Assembly: GCA_951406725.2 (NCBI GenBank)
Contig: OX597819.1
Coordinates: forward strand, 10,726,001 to 10,790,000
DNA from: Octopus vulgaris
Taxonomy: Eukaryota
DNA length: 64,000 bases
Reading direction: 5' to 3'
A program made the position numbers and the translations under genes. The notes below the pieces were generated by a model. That model was not told the origin of the DNA. It saw only the letters and a program-made list of their open reading frames with translations, and ran no database searches. Shown one piece after another: positions 1 to 13,571 of the stretch (the stretch's first letter is position 1; every line of letters begins with the position of its first letter).

Positions 1-80
<80 letters not shown>

Positions 81-86
81 ATGTGT
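1..86. repeat. (TA)n/(TG)n microsatellite (internal microsatellite of a SINE family A copy cut by the window edge)
   Basis: Direct reading; continues into the SINE A 3' body at ~85. Confidence 0.95.
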
Positions 87-290
87 GTCTGTGTTTGTCC
101 CCCTAGCATTGCTTGACAACTGATGCTGGTGTGTTTACGTCCTTGTCACTTAGCGGTTCGGCAAAAGAGACCGATAGAATAAGTACTGGGCTTACAAAGA
201 GTGAGTCCCGGGGTCGATTTGCTCGACTAAAGGCGGTGCTCCAACATGGCCGCAGTCAAATGACTGAAACAAGTAAAAGAGTAAAGAGTA
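85..290 (+). mobile_element. SINE family A, 3' half
   Basis: GTGTCTGTGTTTGTCCCCCTAGCATTGCTTGACAAC...CAAATGACTGAAACAAGTAAAAGAGTA, near-identical to the full copies at 34235, 37497, 40306, 51639 and 60288. Confidence 0.9.
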
Positions 291-610
291 TACAGTGGCT
301 CTTTGTTTGCTTTCCTCCTTCAAAACATGTCTGAATTAGAAGAAAATATTACTTGCATGTAAACAGGTGAGGGTTGTTCATAGGAATATCTGGTCGTATA
401 AGGCTGTTTCAGCAAATCCTATTTGACTCATGCATGCATGGAAAAGTAGACATTAAAACGATTATGATGATCCCCCTCACTCTCTCTCTCGAGAAGATTG
501 GTTCAGGCGTCTGCCTGGCTGGCTCTTGTCCCACCCATACCAGCATGGAAGGTGGACGTTAAAGGATAATGATGATATATATATATATATATATGGAGTG
601 AAAACAAGAT

Positions 611-960
611 AAACAAGAGCACTCAGAGAGTGCAAACTTCCGCCAAGGCAGCACCAATGTCCTCTCAATGATTAGTCAGAGATGCTTTTTAGAATGAGAA
701 TATCTGAAATAAACTTGCCTGCTCTCGCAGACAAGAATACTAAAATTGAACCCAACCGCTCTCAAAAATTAAGTAAAAAAAAAAACAGGAAAAATAATCA
801 AGAATCCTTGTCTGATACCAGATTGATCCCAAAATCTAGTCAGTTCATGCCAATCACAAGGCCAAACAACCCTGAAATTTTCATCTGAATCCATCCAGGA
901 GTTCTTGAGATATCTTGTCCAGAGACATACAAACACGACTGCCTTCGCTAAGGCAGAGAT
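611..960. mobile_element. Short non-autonomous element with terminal hairpins (Helentron/HINE-like)
   Basis: Hairpin GCACTC-aga-GAGTGC at 619-633 followed by ACTTCCGCC (636-644). A second hairpin CTGCCTT-cgct-AAGGCAG (939-956) has an imperfect complement of the sub-terminal motif (GGCAGAGAT). Family assignment is from recalled architecture only. Confidence 0.4.
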
Positions 961-1245
961 CATAAATGAAATGATAACAACTTGCCATATGAGAGCAGAA
1001 ACACTGATAATTTCAGAGAATCAGAAAACCTGCTTCTATGTAATAGAAATTCATAAAATATATTCAGTTAGACATAACACAATAATGATAATCACATCAA
1101 AAGAACTGTAGGTGAAATTTTAAGAAACTTTTTTTTCATACTTCATTTGATAATATTATACTTGACGCCTAAACTGTTTATAAATGGAAGAAAAAAAGTT
1201 AGGACAGAAAATTTATAATTCAGAAAGATAAATGAATTTAAATTT

Positions 1246-1246
1246 A

Positions 1247-1278
<32 letters not shown>

Positions 1279-1367
1279 TAATAATAATAATGATAATAAT
1301 AATAATAATAATGATAATAATAATGATAATAATAATAATGATAATAATAATAATGATGATAATGATG

Positions 1368-1432
<65 letters not shown>
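1246..1432. repeat. (AAT)n microsatellite with GAT interruptions
   Basis: Direct reading; explains the poly-N/Y/L/I ORFs at 1143-1505. Confidence 0.97.
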
Positions 1433-2416
1433 TTTTCCATATTTGGAAATGACATCCCCCCACAACTTTTTATTTCTGAAGTCTTATGACTCAGGAGAAT
1501 ATTAATGCGAATATGGACATTTTAGTATCTATCTCTCTTGAAAATTTGGTCCTTGTAATTTTCTCATACTCGAAAACTAGACAAAATAGGAAAATGTACA
1601 GAAATTTGAATTATAATATGTAGTTTAGAAGATGATTTATGAACTCCTGTGTATGTTGTGGTATTTTAGTTATATTCTGAAAGAAAACCTACTATCTACT
1701 CTCTCGCATAGTGTATATGTGTGTGTTTTTATCCTTGTACATCTGTATCGATAAATATAAACATATATTGCTATCTATGACTTTCTCCCTCACAAATATA
1801 TATCTATATATGTATGCAGACACACACACACACACATGCACGCATGCACATTCAGATGTGTATTTTCTGATAAAGATGCATATGTGTTATATTTATATAA
1901 GTGCACGAGCATGCATGTTTAATCATGTCACACAGAATAATGTAGGAAGATTGATATAAGTGAAAATCTCATCTATTATCATTGTCATCATTTTCTGATC
2001 AATTTCTCAAAATGCCTCCCTAACAGATTTCATGCTGAATTTGCTATTTTACACCAAAATTTGCTATTAAAAATAGGTAAATTAAAAATACAACCAATAA
2101 AATATTCTGATACATACTGTACTTCTAGAATGGTTTCATTATATTTAAAAGATTTTTTTTTCCATTCTGTGATTAAAAATAGATTTGTCTACTGAAATGA
2201 AATATTTGACAGTAGTCATAATGGATACTGCATACAATTCAAATTGTACATCTTGTCAATGAGATAAACTCAGCTATATGCACAGCACTCATAAGCACTC
2301 TACAATGTAGCACCACTTTAACTGTAAATAATGCAGTTGGCAACATGCATAATACTGAATGCCTTGTGTACATATTCTCCTACTGTAGAGAAGATAAACA
2401 GTTAAACTCAATAGTT

Positions 2417-2479
2417 TGGGCAGACCAAAGCCTTGTGAGTGGATTTGGTAGACGGAAACTGAAAGAAGCCCATCGTATA

Positions 2480-2524
<45 letters not shown>

Positions 2525-2748
2525 GTATGTTTGTGTGTCTGTGTTTGTCCCCCTAGCATTGCTTGATAACCGATGCTGGTGTGTTTATGTCCCCGTCACT
2601 TAGCGGTTCGGCAAAAGTGACCGATAGAATAAGTACTGGGCTTACAAAGAATAAGTCCCGGGGTCGAGTTGCTCGATTAAAGGCAGTGCTCCAGCATGGC
2701 CGCAGTAAAAATGACTGAAACAAGTAAAAAGAGAAAAAAGAGAAAGAG
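2417..2748 (+). mobile_element. SINE family A, 5'-truncated
   Basis: Matches family A from GACCAAAGCCTTGTGAGTGG through the internal TA/TG microsatellite to the A/G-rich tail. Confidence 0.9.
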
Positions 2749-4204
2749 AAGATGCCATCATGCAACAAATATATCTAACTTTCTCTTTATAAATTAAAGA
2801 GGGGAAGAGGGACTGTTGTGTTTACATTTCCAAACTTTAGAACTAGGGCAACTGATGCCTCACTATTAACTCCTGCAGTTCAATTTATAAAACAACAAAA
2901 ATGAGGGTGGCAAAGTTCAAGTGCTTGCAATTCAAGGAAAAGGTGGTTGTGATAAATTTCTTCCCTTCAGGAAAGCAAAGAAAAAAAAAATTTAAATAAA
3001 AGGACCACACTTAAAACTTTATGTAGATGATGATGATGATGAGTAAATCTAACTATAATTCTCAATGTTGAAAAGTGTAAAGAAAAGTTATATAAAATTA
3101 TAAAAGTATATAAAATATGAAATGTAAGCTCAATTGAGGACAGCGTTTTACAGTGGATTATTTCATGAATAGCACTACCTACAATGTATTTGTATGGATT
3201 TATGCTGGCAGGTGTGTGTGTGTTTGTGGTTGCTTGTGTGCATGAGAGTAAAAGTTGAAAGTATATTTGCTTTAACACAGATATCGTAGTTTCCTAGTAT
3301 TGATTTAACTGATGCTGAACACATTTATTTACTCTGCATTGCATAGATTTTCCAAGCATATTTATTAAAGAATATGAAAAAGCAAAAGGCAAATTATAGC
3401 ACCACTGTCAAGTGGTTAAAAGAAGACAGAAAAAAAGAGAGCTGGTATTAAAGAATGAAAAACAAAGAAAGAAAAGAAATACAAACATCAATAGAAACCT
3501 TCAGATCTACAATTCCCAAGAAAAATGAGATCTTTGGCAATAAGGTTGATCAAGTGGGAGGAATATAAGAGGCTGATGTTTAAGTAGTTCTACTAAGTTC
3601 TAAAACTTTCAATAACAAAATAAACATGCTGTTATCATTTGTAATACAGGAGGATTGGCTATCAAGAGGAAACCCAAAGTATGATTTCTTATAATTTGGG
3701 TCAATAAATAATGTCACACTGCGATTAACAGAAGATGACATGCTTATGTAATTCCAAAGACTGACATTATTATTTACCCCCAGAGAGTTCCGTATAATTT
3801 GTATCCCTAAGATGTTTAGATCCCTAAGCAATTAGATTAATATTGATGCTATACACATTATCATTAATGTCCATTACAAGCAATCCTTCACATTTACAGT
3901 ACCAGACAAATGCTTATCGCTAATATGGACAGGGATTAGATAATAAAGCTGACACTAATAATAAAATTTTACATTTTACGTATATGTTCCAAAATAAGAA
4001 ATAAAAATGTATTACTAACACAGCATCTTGCCCCTATTAGTAATAGTTAGTAAATATATTACATAAGAATTCCGTAGAGCTTTGACTCTCAGTTAAAGTC
4101 AATTCATTTAATTATGTTTCTAACACTTATGAGAAAAGCATGAACATCACACAATCCCTTTCCTTTTATTTGTAAATTTCAAACCTTGCACCAATAACAA
4201 GGAA

Positions 4205-4518
4205 TCATCATCATCATCGTTTAACGTCCGCTTTCCATGCTAGCATGGGTTGGACGGTTCAACTGGGGTCTGGGAAGCCCGAAGGCTGCACCAGGCCAGT
4301 CAGATCTGGCGGTGTTTCTACAGCTGGATGCCCTTCCTAACGCCAACCACTCCGTGAGTGTAGTGGGTGCTTTTTATGTGCCACCGACACAGGTGCCAGA
4401 TGAGGCTGGCGAACGGCCACGATCGGATGGTGTTTTTTACATGCCACCGGCACGGAAGCCAGGCGAGGCTGGCACAGCCACGATCGGATGGTGTTTGTTA
4501 CATGCCACCAGCACGGAG
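4205..4518 (-). mobile_element. RTE-type LINE 3' end (family E) with ~55-bp internal tandem units
   Basis: (CAT)n tail plus TTTAACGTCCGCTTTCCATGCTAGCATGGGTTGGACGG...GGATGCCCTTCCTAACGCC. The same sequence is contiguous with RTE coding remnants at 23072-23945 and 56063-56482. Confidence 0.8.
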
Positions 4519-4789
4519 ATAAAATATCTAATATATTACTTAACTGCTTTAATGGCCACTTTTCCATGCTTGCAAGAGTTGTATGGGATTTTTCTGGATG
4601 CCTTTCTTGTTGCCAACCCTCACCTGTTTTCAAGAAAGGTAATATTTCTCCACAGGTAGATATATTTTTATGGAAGATTGCAAATTAAGGATAAGCAGGT
4701 ATGACTGGGACACTCACCCACAATAATCACATGATGTCAAGACAAGGAGAGAGAGAGAGTCTCACACACACACACACACACACACACAC

Positions 4790-4930
4790 AAGTGCTCTTT
4801 CAGTCTCTGTCAAATGCACATACAAGGCTTTGGTTGGCCTGGGGCTTTAGTAGAAGACACTTGCCCAAGGTGCTACACTGAAACTATGTGGCTGGGAAGC
4901 TAACTTCTTACCACATAGCTGAACCTGCAC
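4790..4930 (-). mobile_element. SINE family A, degenerate 5' half
   Basis: AGTAGAAGACACTTGCCCAAGGTGC...CTTACCACATAGC is the reverse complement of the family A head. Confidence 0.7.
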
Positions 4931-5340
4931 TTACTCTGCATTTATATTCCTAAATGAAGTGTATTAAAAGTAGGAACCAGAATGGAATACTTTTGGTCAT
5001 AGATCTGCTTGGTAAAGGCTGACTGGGGTTGATAAACAAATTCACTGGAATTTTGAGTTGGTAAGTCGCTATTTAAAACACAACTGGCTACTGCGATATC
5101 ACAGATAAACAATAAGTATGTAGGACATGGATGGGTTTCCATTTCTTTAGTATAAAATTTAAGATAAGAAAACATGTTTCCCAAAAAAGAATATAATAAT
5201 TAAATATCAAATTGCAGTAGCATTGAATCAAAACAACAGAGTTCATTCTTCTGGTAAATCGTACTCAAGTGAGGTACTCCAAATGAGTATAGCTTGTCAG
5301 AATACTCATCAATCATTCAATGCACCAGCATACACATTTG

Positions 5341-5387
<47 letters not shown>

Positions 5388-5390
<3 letters not shown>

Positions 5391-5595
5391 TTAATCCAAA
5401 CAGGAAAACACAAAAAAATACAACAAGGCGAGGACGTGGAACAAATATAGTATTATTGGATGCTCAGGAAAGAAGGGAAGAAGGAGGGTTTAACGTTTAG
5501 AGCAGAGCTCTTCGTCGGAAACATAGGAGAAGGAAAGATCCAGAGAAGGGAAGACAGAGGAAAAAAAATCTCCAACGGTACACACGAGGTCACAC
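5388..5595 (-). mobile_element. Short element in a (TA)n tract carrying a degenerate minimal hammerhead (Penelope terminal-repeat-like fragment)
   Basis: Flanked by TA-rich repeats on both sides; minus strand 5488-5522 reads GTTT-CCGACGAA-GAGC-tct-GCTC-TAAA-CG-TT-AAAC. Confidence 0.5.
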
Positions 5596-5659
5596 ATATA
5601 TGTATATATATATATAATTTAGACTGAAAGAAACCCATCACATATACATGTGCGTTTTT

Positions 5660-5830
5660 CTTTGTATTTCTCTTTGTCTCTCACTGCTGCTTGACAACCA
5701 GTGCTGGTTTGTTTGCATCCCCATAAATTACCAGGTTTTAAAAAAATAAGTAAAAGAGTCAATTTGTTCAACTAAACCCTTCAAGGGAAGTACTCCAGAA
5801 TAGCTGCAGTCTAATGATTAAAATAGAAAA
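5660..5830 (+). mobile_element. SINE family A, degenerate 3' half
   Basis: CTGCTTGACAACCAGTGCTGGTTTGTTT...CTGCAGTCTAATGA resembles the family A body. Confidence 0.6.
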
Positions 5831-5844
5831 GATATATATATATA

Positions 5845-5975
5845 TGTAGAAACACTGCCAGATCAGACTGGGCCTGTTGCAGCCTTCTGGCTTCACAGAC
5901 CCCAGTTGAACCGTCCAACCCATGCTAGCATGGAAAACGGACGCTAAATGATGATGATGATGATGATGATGATGA
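5845..5975 (+). mobile_element. RTE LINE 3' end (family E), 5'-truncated
   Basis: TGTAGAAACACTGCCAGATC...CATGCTAGCATGGAAAACGGACGCTAAA(TGA)n. Confidence 0.8.
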
Positions 5976-6482
5976 TATGTATATATGGAAGGAAATACAG
6001 CTTTGTGAATAAGAAGTTTGATCACACTGTAACGCCAGAACATCAGAAATGAAATTCACTAGTTGAATAGGTGTGTGTGTATGTGTGTGCATGCGTCTGT
6101 GTCCGTGCTTCAAACCTTGAACTTCTATATCAGCAAAATATGATGTTATACTAGCCAGTAAAAGCCAAGCTATATAAACTGTCTAACAGTTCCAAGCACA
6201 AAACAAATCTTGCACTAGAGTTCAGACATCATCTCATTGAATAACACAAAGTCTTTATATATTGATTTCGTACATTGGTGCAACATACTGATGTGGGGTT
6301 GGTGGGTTTAATTATATCTATCCCAGACAATGGCTCCCGTATATTTTATTGACCCTAGGAGGATAACATAAGTGATTAGTTATGTGGTTCATCAGATAAG
6401 AAATTCAAATAATGCTCAATCACAGATCAAAACTAAAACACATATATATAATGTATATATATATACATTATATATATATAAA

Positions 6483-6713
6483 GGCGGCGAGCTGGCAGAA
6501 ACGTTAGCATGCCAGGCGAAATGCTTAGCAGTATTTCATCTGCTGTCACGTTCTGAGTTCAAATTCCGCCGAGGACGACTTTGCCTTTCATCCTTTCGGG
6601 GTCGATAAATTAAGTACCAGTTAAGCACTGGGGTCGATATAATCGACTTACTCTGTTTGTCTGTCCTTGTTTGTCCCCTCTGTGTTTAGCCCCTTGTGGG
6701 TAATAAAGAAATA
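6483..6713 (+). mobile_element. tRNA-derived SINE family B, full length
   Basis: GGCGGCGAGCTGGCAGAAACGTTAGC head, B-box-like GAGTTCAAATTCC, core GACTTTGCCTTTCATCCTTTCGGGGTCGATAAATTAAGTACCAG (Deu/Nin-domain-like from memory), AAAGAAATA tail; inserted in (TA)n. Confidence 0.9.
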
Positions 6714-7462
6714 TATATGTACATGTGTGCCCACACAAACTCACACACATATACATATTAGATGATCCTGCTTGATGTTGTCTAAATTCCATTGAGTCTT
6801 GTTTCTAAGCTAGAAACTGATTTTCTCCACTTGTAAGAAACACGTAAATTAAAACTGAAAAGCATGCATACATAGAAAAGAAGTCAAGTTAGAATGGTTG
6901 TAACTGAAATGGCTTTGATCATAAGTCTGCGTGATCAGGGCTGGTTTGGACCTCTATAACTGACAGCTGTGAATAATTTATCCCTTTTATAGAATAGTCA
7001 TTTATTTTTAAGATGGTAAGATAACATTTCAAGATTTGATTGCTAATTATAGCATGTGGAACAATCATGTAGAAGCTTCTTCATAACAGACTGAACGGTG
7101 GATAAAATACATGTCTCAACTGTCACACTCTAACCCCTGTAAAACATCATCACTGCATTTCAGAGTGTGTTACAACATTCTTAGCTAGGTGGAGACATGG
7201 CTTACTTGGAGCAATAGATGTGGATCATGTGCAGCCATTTGGTCAACTATCTGCATGCAAAAGTCTGTTGAATTACAGTGGATCTGTGTCTACAGAGTAA
7301 TTAAAACAGCTGCCATCATAGACCACATTTTGGCACATAAAGCCTTTGGTTAATCATTATTTCATCATTCCTTTCTCTATTCTACTAATCTTTACTCTTT
7401 CAACTTTTGCTGTTATTCAAAATCATTTGTTGCCAAATTCATTCTACTACTCAACACTCATA

Positions 7463-7500
<38 letters not shown>

Positions 7501-7593
7501 GAAACCCATAACAGGCATCACATGCAGTCTTTCTTTTTCATGTCCACCTTCATGAGAAATTTCCTGTCTTCCTGTGAGCCAACATGGTTACTT

Positions 7594-7823
7594 GGCGGCG
7601 AGCTGGCAGAAACGTTAGCATGCCGGGCAAAATGCTTAGCGGTATTTCATCTGCGTTACGTTGTGAGTTCAAATTCCGCCGAGGTCAACTTTGCCTTTCA
7701 TCCTTTTGGAGTCAATAAATTAAGTACCAGTTACGCACTGGGGTCGATGTAATCGACTTAATACCTATGTCTGTCCTTGTTTGTCCCCTCTGTGTTTAGC
7801 CCCTTGTGGGTAATAAGGAAATA
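7594..7823 (+). mobile_element. SINE family B, full length with TSD
   Basis: Matches family B; TSD GGTTACTT at 7586-7593 and 7824-7831. Confidence 0.92.
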
Positions 7824-7909
7824 GGTTACTTGGCCTGCGAGAAACAATGGCCAAATATCTCTCAAATCACATGCTACCAATCTATAAAAGGACAGGGCAT
7901 CTTCATTAA

Positions 7910-8250
7910 TTCTTTTACTTGCTTTAGTCATTCACTGAAGCTGCCACACAGAAACACTACTTGAAGGGTTTTAATGGATCATACTGACCATAGCACTTAT
8001 TTTTCAGTCTAGTACTAATCACTATTTGCTCAACTACTAAGCTATAGGTCACAAAGATGGAGTACAGTTTTGCAAGTAGTGTCAATGTAAATATACAAAG
8101 ATAAAACATGTACACAGAGTTTCTGTCCATCAAGTTTCATACACAGGGTATTTATCAGCTTGAGGCTTTAATACCAGAAATTTAATCAAGATGCTATAAA
8201 GTAGGACTACACCAAAACTATGTGGTTGTGAAGTGAACTGCCATACTTGT
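7910..8250 (-). mobile_element. SINE family A, old degenerate copy
   Basis: CTTTTACTTGCTTTAGTCATT...CTATGTGGTTGTGAAG loosely follows the family A reverse complement. Confidence 0.5.
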
Positions 8251-11200
8251 CCTACATAATCTTAGAAAGACAAATGATCATGGCTAGAATACTTTTGATC
8301 AGAGTTTACTTGATAACAATAAAAAAACTTTCTACTTTCCCTTTTTAGGCACATACAAAGGTAAGAAACATTTTATATCCAGATAAATGAAATTACTCCA
8401 CCCAGAAATGAATGTTACAATCAGAGTTGCAGCTGATGAGGGGGTAATGTGAGAATGGAACAATTTGAACTTATGGCTCTTTAAATCACACAGTTTGTCA
8501 TCTTAATTACTCTGCTTGTCATGATTCTGTAACTCTTTAAATTTGAAGGTGATATATGAGAATTTCATTTGATTTCCTGATGTAGTCTTGGTTATTAATC
8601 AATTAATTAACAATACTTCTAAGCAATTATCTCAACTTCCTATAAAGGGAATTAATTAAGGGATATGCTGTCATGAAATTGTCCCTACCTAACATTTTTC
8701 TCCACATTTCAAAATACTTTTATTAAAGAGAGAAAGAGAGAAGAGTGAAAATGTAGGCATACAAACAATTAAAATTTAAATGATGCCTGTTAATGCTCTT
8801 CTTAGCAGGGTGACAACATTAAAATGAAACAGTGAAGTGGGATACAGAAGTAGTAGATTGGAACTGTAATAATCAGCTATACTACAAGATAAACCTTCAT
8901 TCCACATAACATATAATATTCTTGATAGGAATGAGGGTCGTGGAATGACCAAGTGGATTATCATGAGCTCAAACTTAATGACTTAGTGAAAGCAATTAAT
9001 TTTACTTGGCTTTAACCAAATTGAAAATGGTCAATTCATGTTAGACAAGCATTCTCCTTAGATTGCATCTTATATTTCTTCTATACAACACAATGGTAAG
9101 CTAAAGATAAATAAGGAAAGATTTCTATTTTGATATTTTTTGAAAGTTACAGACTAAAACTAGAATGACTTGAAAGATTAAGTGGTTTTTTTTAATGCAT
9201 TGTTTCAGAGAATAAAAGCTGAAGCTGAGCTCTTAGTCAGTTGAGATTAACTGGAGTAATAAAGTGAAGCAATATTGAAAGGAGGTTGATATTTGTTTTG
9301 AAACAATGGATTTCGTAATTATGATAAAACAGCTGCATAGAAAGATTGTGAAATAGTGTTTAGTGCAAGACAAACTTCATGAGGTTGGAAATAAGTTAGA
9401 TAAGTAGTGTATTGAATTATTCAGAGGTAAGGGGAGTCTCTGCATTTTTGTGTATTTTAATTATATATGACAAATACTTGAGAGAAAATTAAATATAGCT
9501 TTCATAAATTTATAATGATTTGTGATTATACACATGTGCATCTGCACATACTTGCCTGAATCCAGTTTTCATGGTTGGCTACCTTCCCTTACTTCAGCCA
9601 ATCAGCTATTAAAATGGAATATGTGCTTAGTGTGGCAGAAAAAGTAAATCACTGAAGCAACTGTGTAAGGTAATAAGGGTAGATAGACAGATATGAAACC
9701 TGTCGATTGAAAGAAAACCAATTGATTGTTAACATCTATGAGCAATTATAAAATAGATCAAAATGTTAGGGACAGTCACAAATAGAATTATTTACAATAG
9801 ATCTACAACAAACAAGCTGATTAAGAATCATTCTCCTTCACACTTTGCCTTTTAACCAAAGCCATTCTTGATCTTCTTGATCATTGGAATCTCTTACACT
9901 GAGAAGTTTATGGAGTCTTTCACAACATAGCAAAGACTTTTATTTTCACATAGGAATAAAAATCAGAATTACAAGCTACCAAAACACAACTTAATTAGAA
10001 ATCATATAACCACCCTTCATAAAGTAAATAAAATTACTGATTCTAATGAACAGATACAGAAATTCACGATTTTTAAAATAACTATTTGATTGTCTATCAT
10101 TATGATGACAATCTTATTGCATCTTTTCTACAATTTTTGATATGCCAACATCTTACATATAGTGCCAACAAGGAAGCAATTGTATGGGTGCTCAATCTGT
10201 TAGAAATAATGGCTAAATACCCTAAAATTACATACAATCTTTCAAAAAAAAAAAAAACGAAATGCCACATTGGACAATGTAGTTTTAGGAGTGGGTAGTC
10301 ACTGGTGGAACACCTTTGCTTAAGGGTCTTCCCAAACAGGACCAACCATTAAATTAAACTGGTTTATGATAAAAATGAGTTCTTTTGTTTTTTAATTCTA
10401 AACCATAAACTTCTTTATAACCCCAGAATACTTTATAAGTATGCTTTATAAGTAAAAACTTACTAATTAAAATATCAATTACTACATCCTAATTGAATTA
10501 TTAATTAAATAATGGATTATATTTTCTTTAGCCACCTAACACTTGAAGAAACAAAATGCATGTCCACTTACAACTAGGACAACCATCGATTAAGAGCTAC
10601 TCTACAAAAATATTCAAGGTAATTTTTCATTAGCCTTGTTATTTAGAAAGTCCTGTGGGCTACACATCGTTCATGGCTGATCTAAAAAAAAAATGAGGAA
10701 CATTCATAAGTCAATATTGTATGTTATGTGAGATCAACTCTATAATTTATTGGTGAATAACTTAAGGAAGTTTTGTTTGGGAATGTCAAACTGGAGACAA
10801 TGTACAGCAAATATTTTCACCTATCAGTGTTTTTTTCCTTTCTGTTTTGAGGAACAAAACCAGTGTTTGTAGCTTCTTTTAAGCAACTAAAATTTGGTGA
10901 TTTTAGTAGCTTAGCAAAATTAAATATTTTTGGCTAATGAGATTAGGATAATACACTGAGATTAGTGTTTGCTAATTGAACTGCTTATGGTGGCCTTTTT
11001 TAAAAAAAAAATGTCTTAAACATTAGTAGAATGGTTTTCATTGAAACAGCTGGTTTTACAGCCAGAAGAGAAGGGTGGAAGGATGATGAGAGGAAGACGT
11101 GCAGGAATATCAAGTAGGTATGGTATTTTAATCAAAATATGTGATACTATTCTTCGGTTGGATGGATATATTTATCCTTTAATAAAAATGGTTTACTATC

Positions 11201-11305
11201 TCAGGTCTAAACTCATTGTGGACTCTAAAGAAGAAAAGCAACTTTTAGGAAGCAATTTTTTAGTTCATGCAGACTAAGTGTAAAGTTTCTATGACTGTTA
11301 GTATA

Positions 11306-11708
11306 TACTCTTTACTCTTTTACTTGTTTCAGTCATTTGACTGCGGCCATGCTGGTGCACCGCCTTTAGTCGAGCAAATCGACCCCGGGACTTATTCTTT
11401 GTAAGCCCAGTACTTATCCTATCGGTCTCTTTTGCCGAACCGCTAAGTGACGGGGACGTAAACACACCAGCATCAGTTGTCAAGCAATGCTAGGGGGACA
11501 AACACAGGCGCACACACACACACATATATATATATATATACATATATACGACAGGCTTCTTTCAGTTTCCGTCTACCAAATTCACTCACAAGGCATTGGT
11601 CGGCTCGGGGCTATAGCAGAAGACACTTGCCCAAGATGCCACGCAGTGGGACTGAACCCGGAACCATGTGGTTGGTTAGCAAGCTACTTACCACACAGCC
11701 ATGCCTGC
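11306..11708 (-). mobile_element. tRNA-derived SINE family A, full length
   Basis: Reverse complement of family A; the head has A-box-like TGGCTGTGTGG and B-box-like GGTTCAGTCCC. Confidence 0.92.
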
Positions 11709-13571
11709 CAACATTAGTGAAGGAATGTATATGCATGGACAGATATCAGAATTATCCAGCCATGGTAAATTTCCTCATTAGTTGTAGAGTGGGTTGGATG
11801 TGGCTATTTAACATGAGGTCAAGCTTGCTCAGTAGTCTAATAATAGAGAATTTTCCAGCTATGAATATTCCATCTTATTTTAAGATGGTGTTTAGGTTTA
11901 CATTTTCCACTGTGCTTCATTTTTAAAGATAGTAGAGTGTTATTTGAGGGAGATTAACTAATTTTTGTAGTCCAAACAATAACATATGTTCTCTTGCTGG
12001 TTTAGTAGGTTGTTGACAAAGGAAGAATGAGAATTGAGTACATGAATTATCTCCCAGCTGAAAAATGAGTCAGATAGAGTCCAAACAAGATGTTATGAAA
12101 AAAAAGCCTGAAAGTAGATATTGGCAATAGTCTTTTAATGTTTTCTTGGACCTGATATTTACCTTGCCCAAGATGTCTGAGAGTGATACTGCTTGCAGAG
12201 TTAACAAGAATCTTGAATCATTATAAAAAAAGATTTTCAGGAAATCAGAGAAGAGTTCTGAACCAAAAATTATCTAAACTTATGTCTCCATATACACAAA
12301 ACCTGATAATGGAAGTAGTGATGTATTTACATTTACTTAATTGTTCTGAAGCAGCTCCAATCTAAATCATAATTCTGCTGACAACAACCCAACAAATGAA
12401 TAACTACAATACTAGTATACAGAAGCACATTGTTTTATCTTATAAGTTATCAAATTTTAGAGGGAGTCAATATCTTAAAGAATAACCTGTAATCTATTTG
12501 ACAAAGAACACCTTAAATTAATAATCATTAAAAAGAAAAAGCATAAGAACTTAAAAAGGAAAAAAAATTAGTAAATTTTAGAAAGCATATTATGGTTAGC
12601 AATTTAACTTTTGAAATATGCTTTACAGATTAAAAGTTAGTTATACTTGAGATTTACAAGGAAATAGCAAATTTGCAGAGTAGTTCAATTTCTTTAAGAA
12701 TTTACAAGAGAATTACGTAGTAAGATATTCTGATGAAATCACAGATTAAAATACTTTCAGTGATTTACAAAACATTTTATATTCTTTCATTCTTCTACTC
12801 CCCGTCCCCCCACAACTGCAATCCAGCCCATATGCATTGTAATTTGTAAGAATCTATTCAATATGTGACTGAAGCAAGTGATTTGCAACCAATCAATAGT
12901 ATTTTCACAGCAATCTTTCTATTTTGAAGTAAATGGGAGTGGGGTGAGGAGAAGAGACAAGTGTTTATCAGTAGAATTCCTGTACAAAATGCTTCAGGCT
13001 ACTTAGATATGAAGTTAGAAATGAATGGAATAAATTGATACAAAATATTGTGTGTTGATATTCTAGATCAGAGCTGATTAAAGTTCTTTTTTACTATTTA
13101 TTTTAGTTTAGTTTTAAATATTTAGAAAGAATACCTTGTTGAAGTAGTAAGAATAAGAAAATAGGCCAATCAGAGCAGCGGGAGATTATTGGTTAGCATT
13201 TCATTAGGGGCAAGGGGAGGGGGTAAGAGATTAACATACGTAATAAGAAGGTTTGGGTTTGCAAAAGTTTTAGCCAAGACCTCATCTCTCTATAATATAT
13301 AAGAAAATAATCTCAATCAAATTTTATCTCGACTGTGATACACTTCTTGCAAAGTACTATTACAATGACAGCCTGCTGCTTATGTTGATTCTATTTCTAA
13401 CAGAGTTAGATGGGTTATTTGAAGTCTATACAAACTACTTGTAAAGTGTGTGAAGGCACAACATTTTTGATGTTATCAAGTGTAGAGGGTTGGAATTTTG
13501 AGAATTTCACAAGCAGGATAAGTAGCACTTTACTATCTAGGAAGTATGCAAGATAGTTCAGTGAGTGGATA

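Noticed and set aside
1143-1505. Poly-Tyr/Leu/Asn/Ile ORFs
   Set aside because: Translations of the (AAT)n microsatellite.
4364-4518. CRISPR-like repeat-spacer pattern in the ~55-bp units
   Set aside because: The 'spacers' are similar to each other, the context is a eukaryotic LINE UTR, and there are no cas genes.
9830-9940. Minus-strand peptide CERLHKLLSVRDSNDQEDQEWLWLK
   Set aside because: No credible splice acceptor, and upstream in-frame stops.
11477-11926. Recurrent 'MSSNARGTNT...' / 'MLGGQTQ...' ORF family
   Set aside because: Antisense translation of SINE family A; it recurs only because the SINE does.
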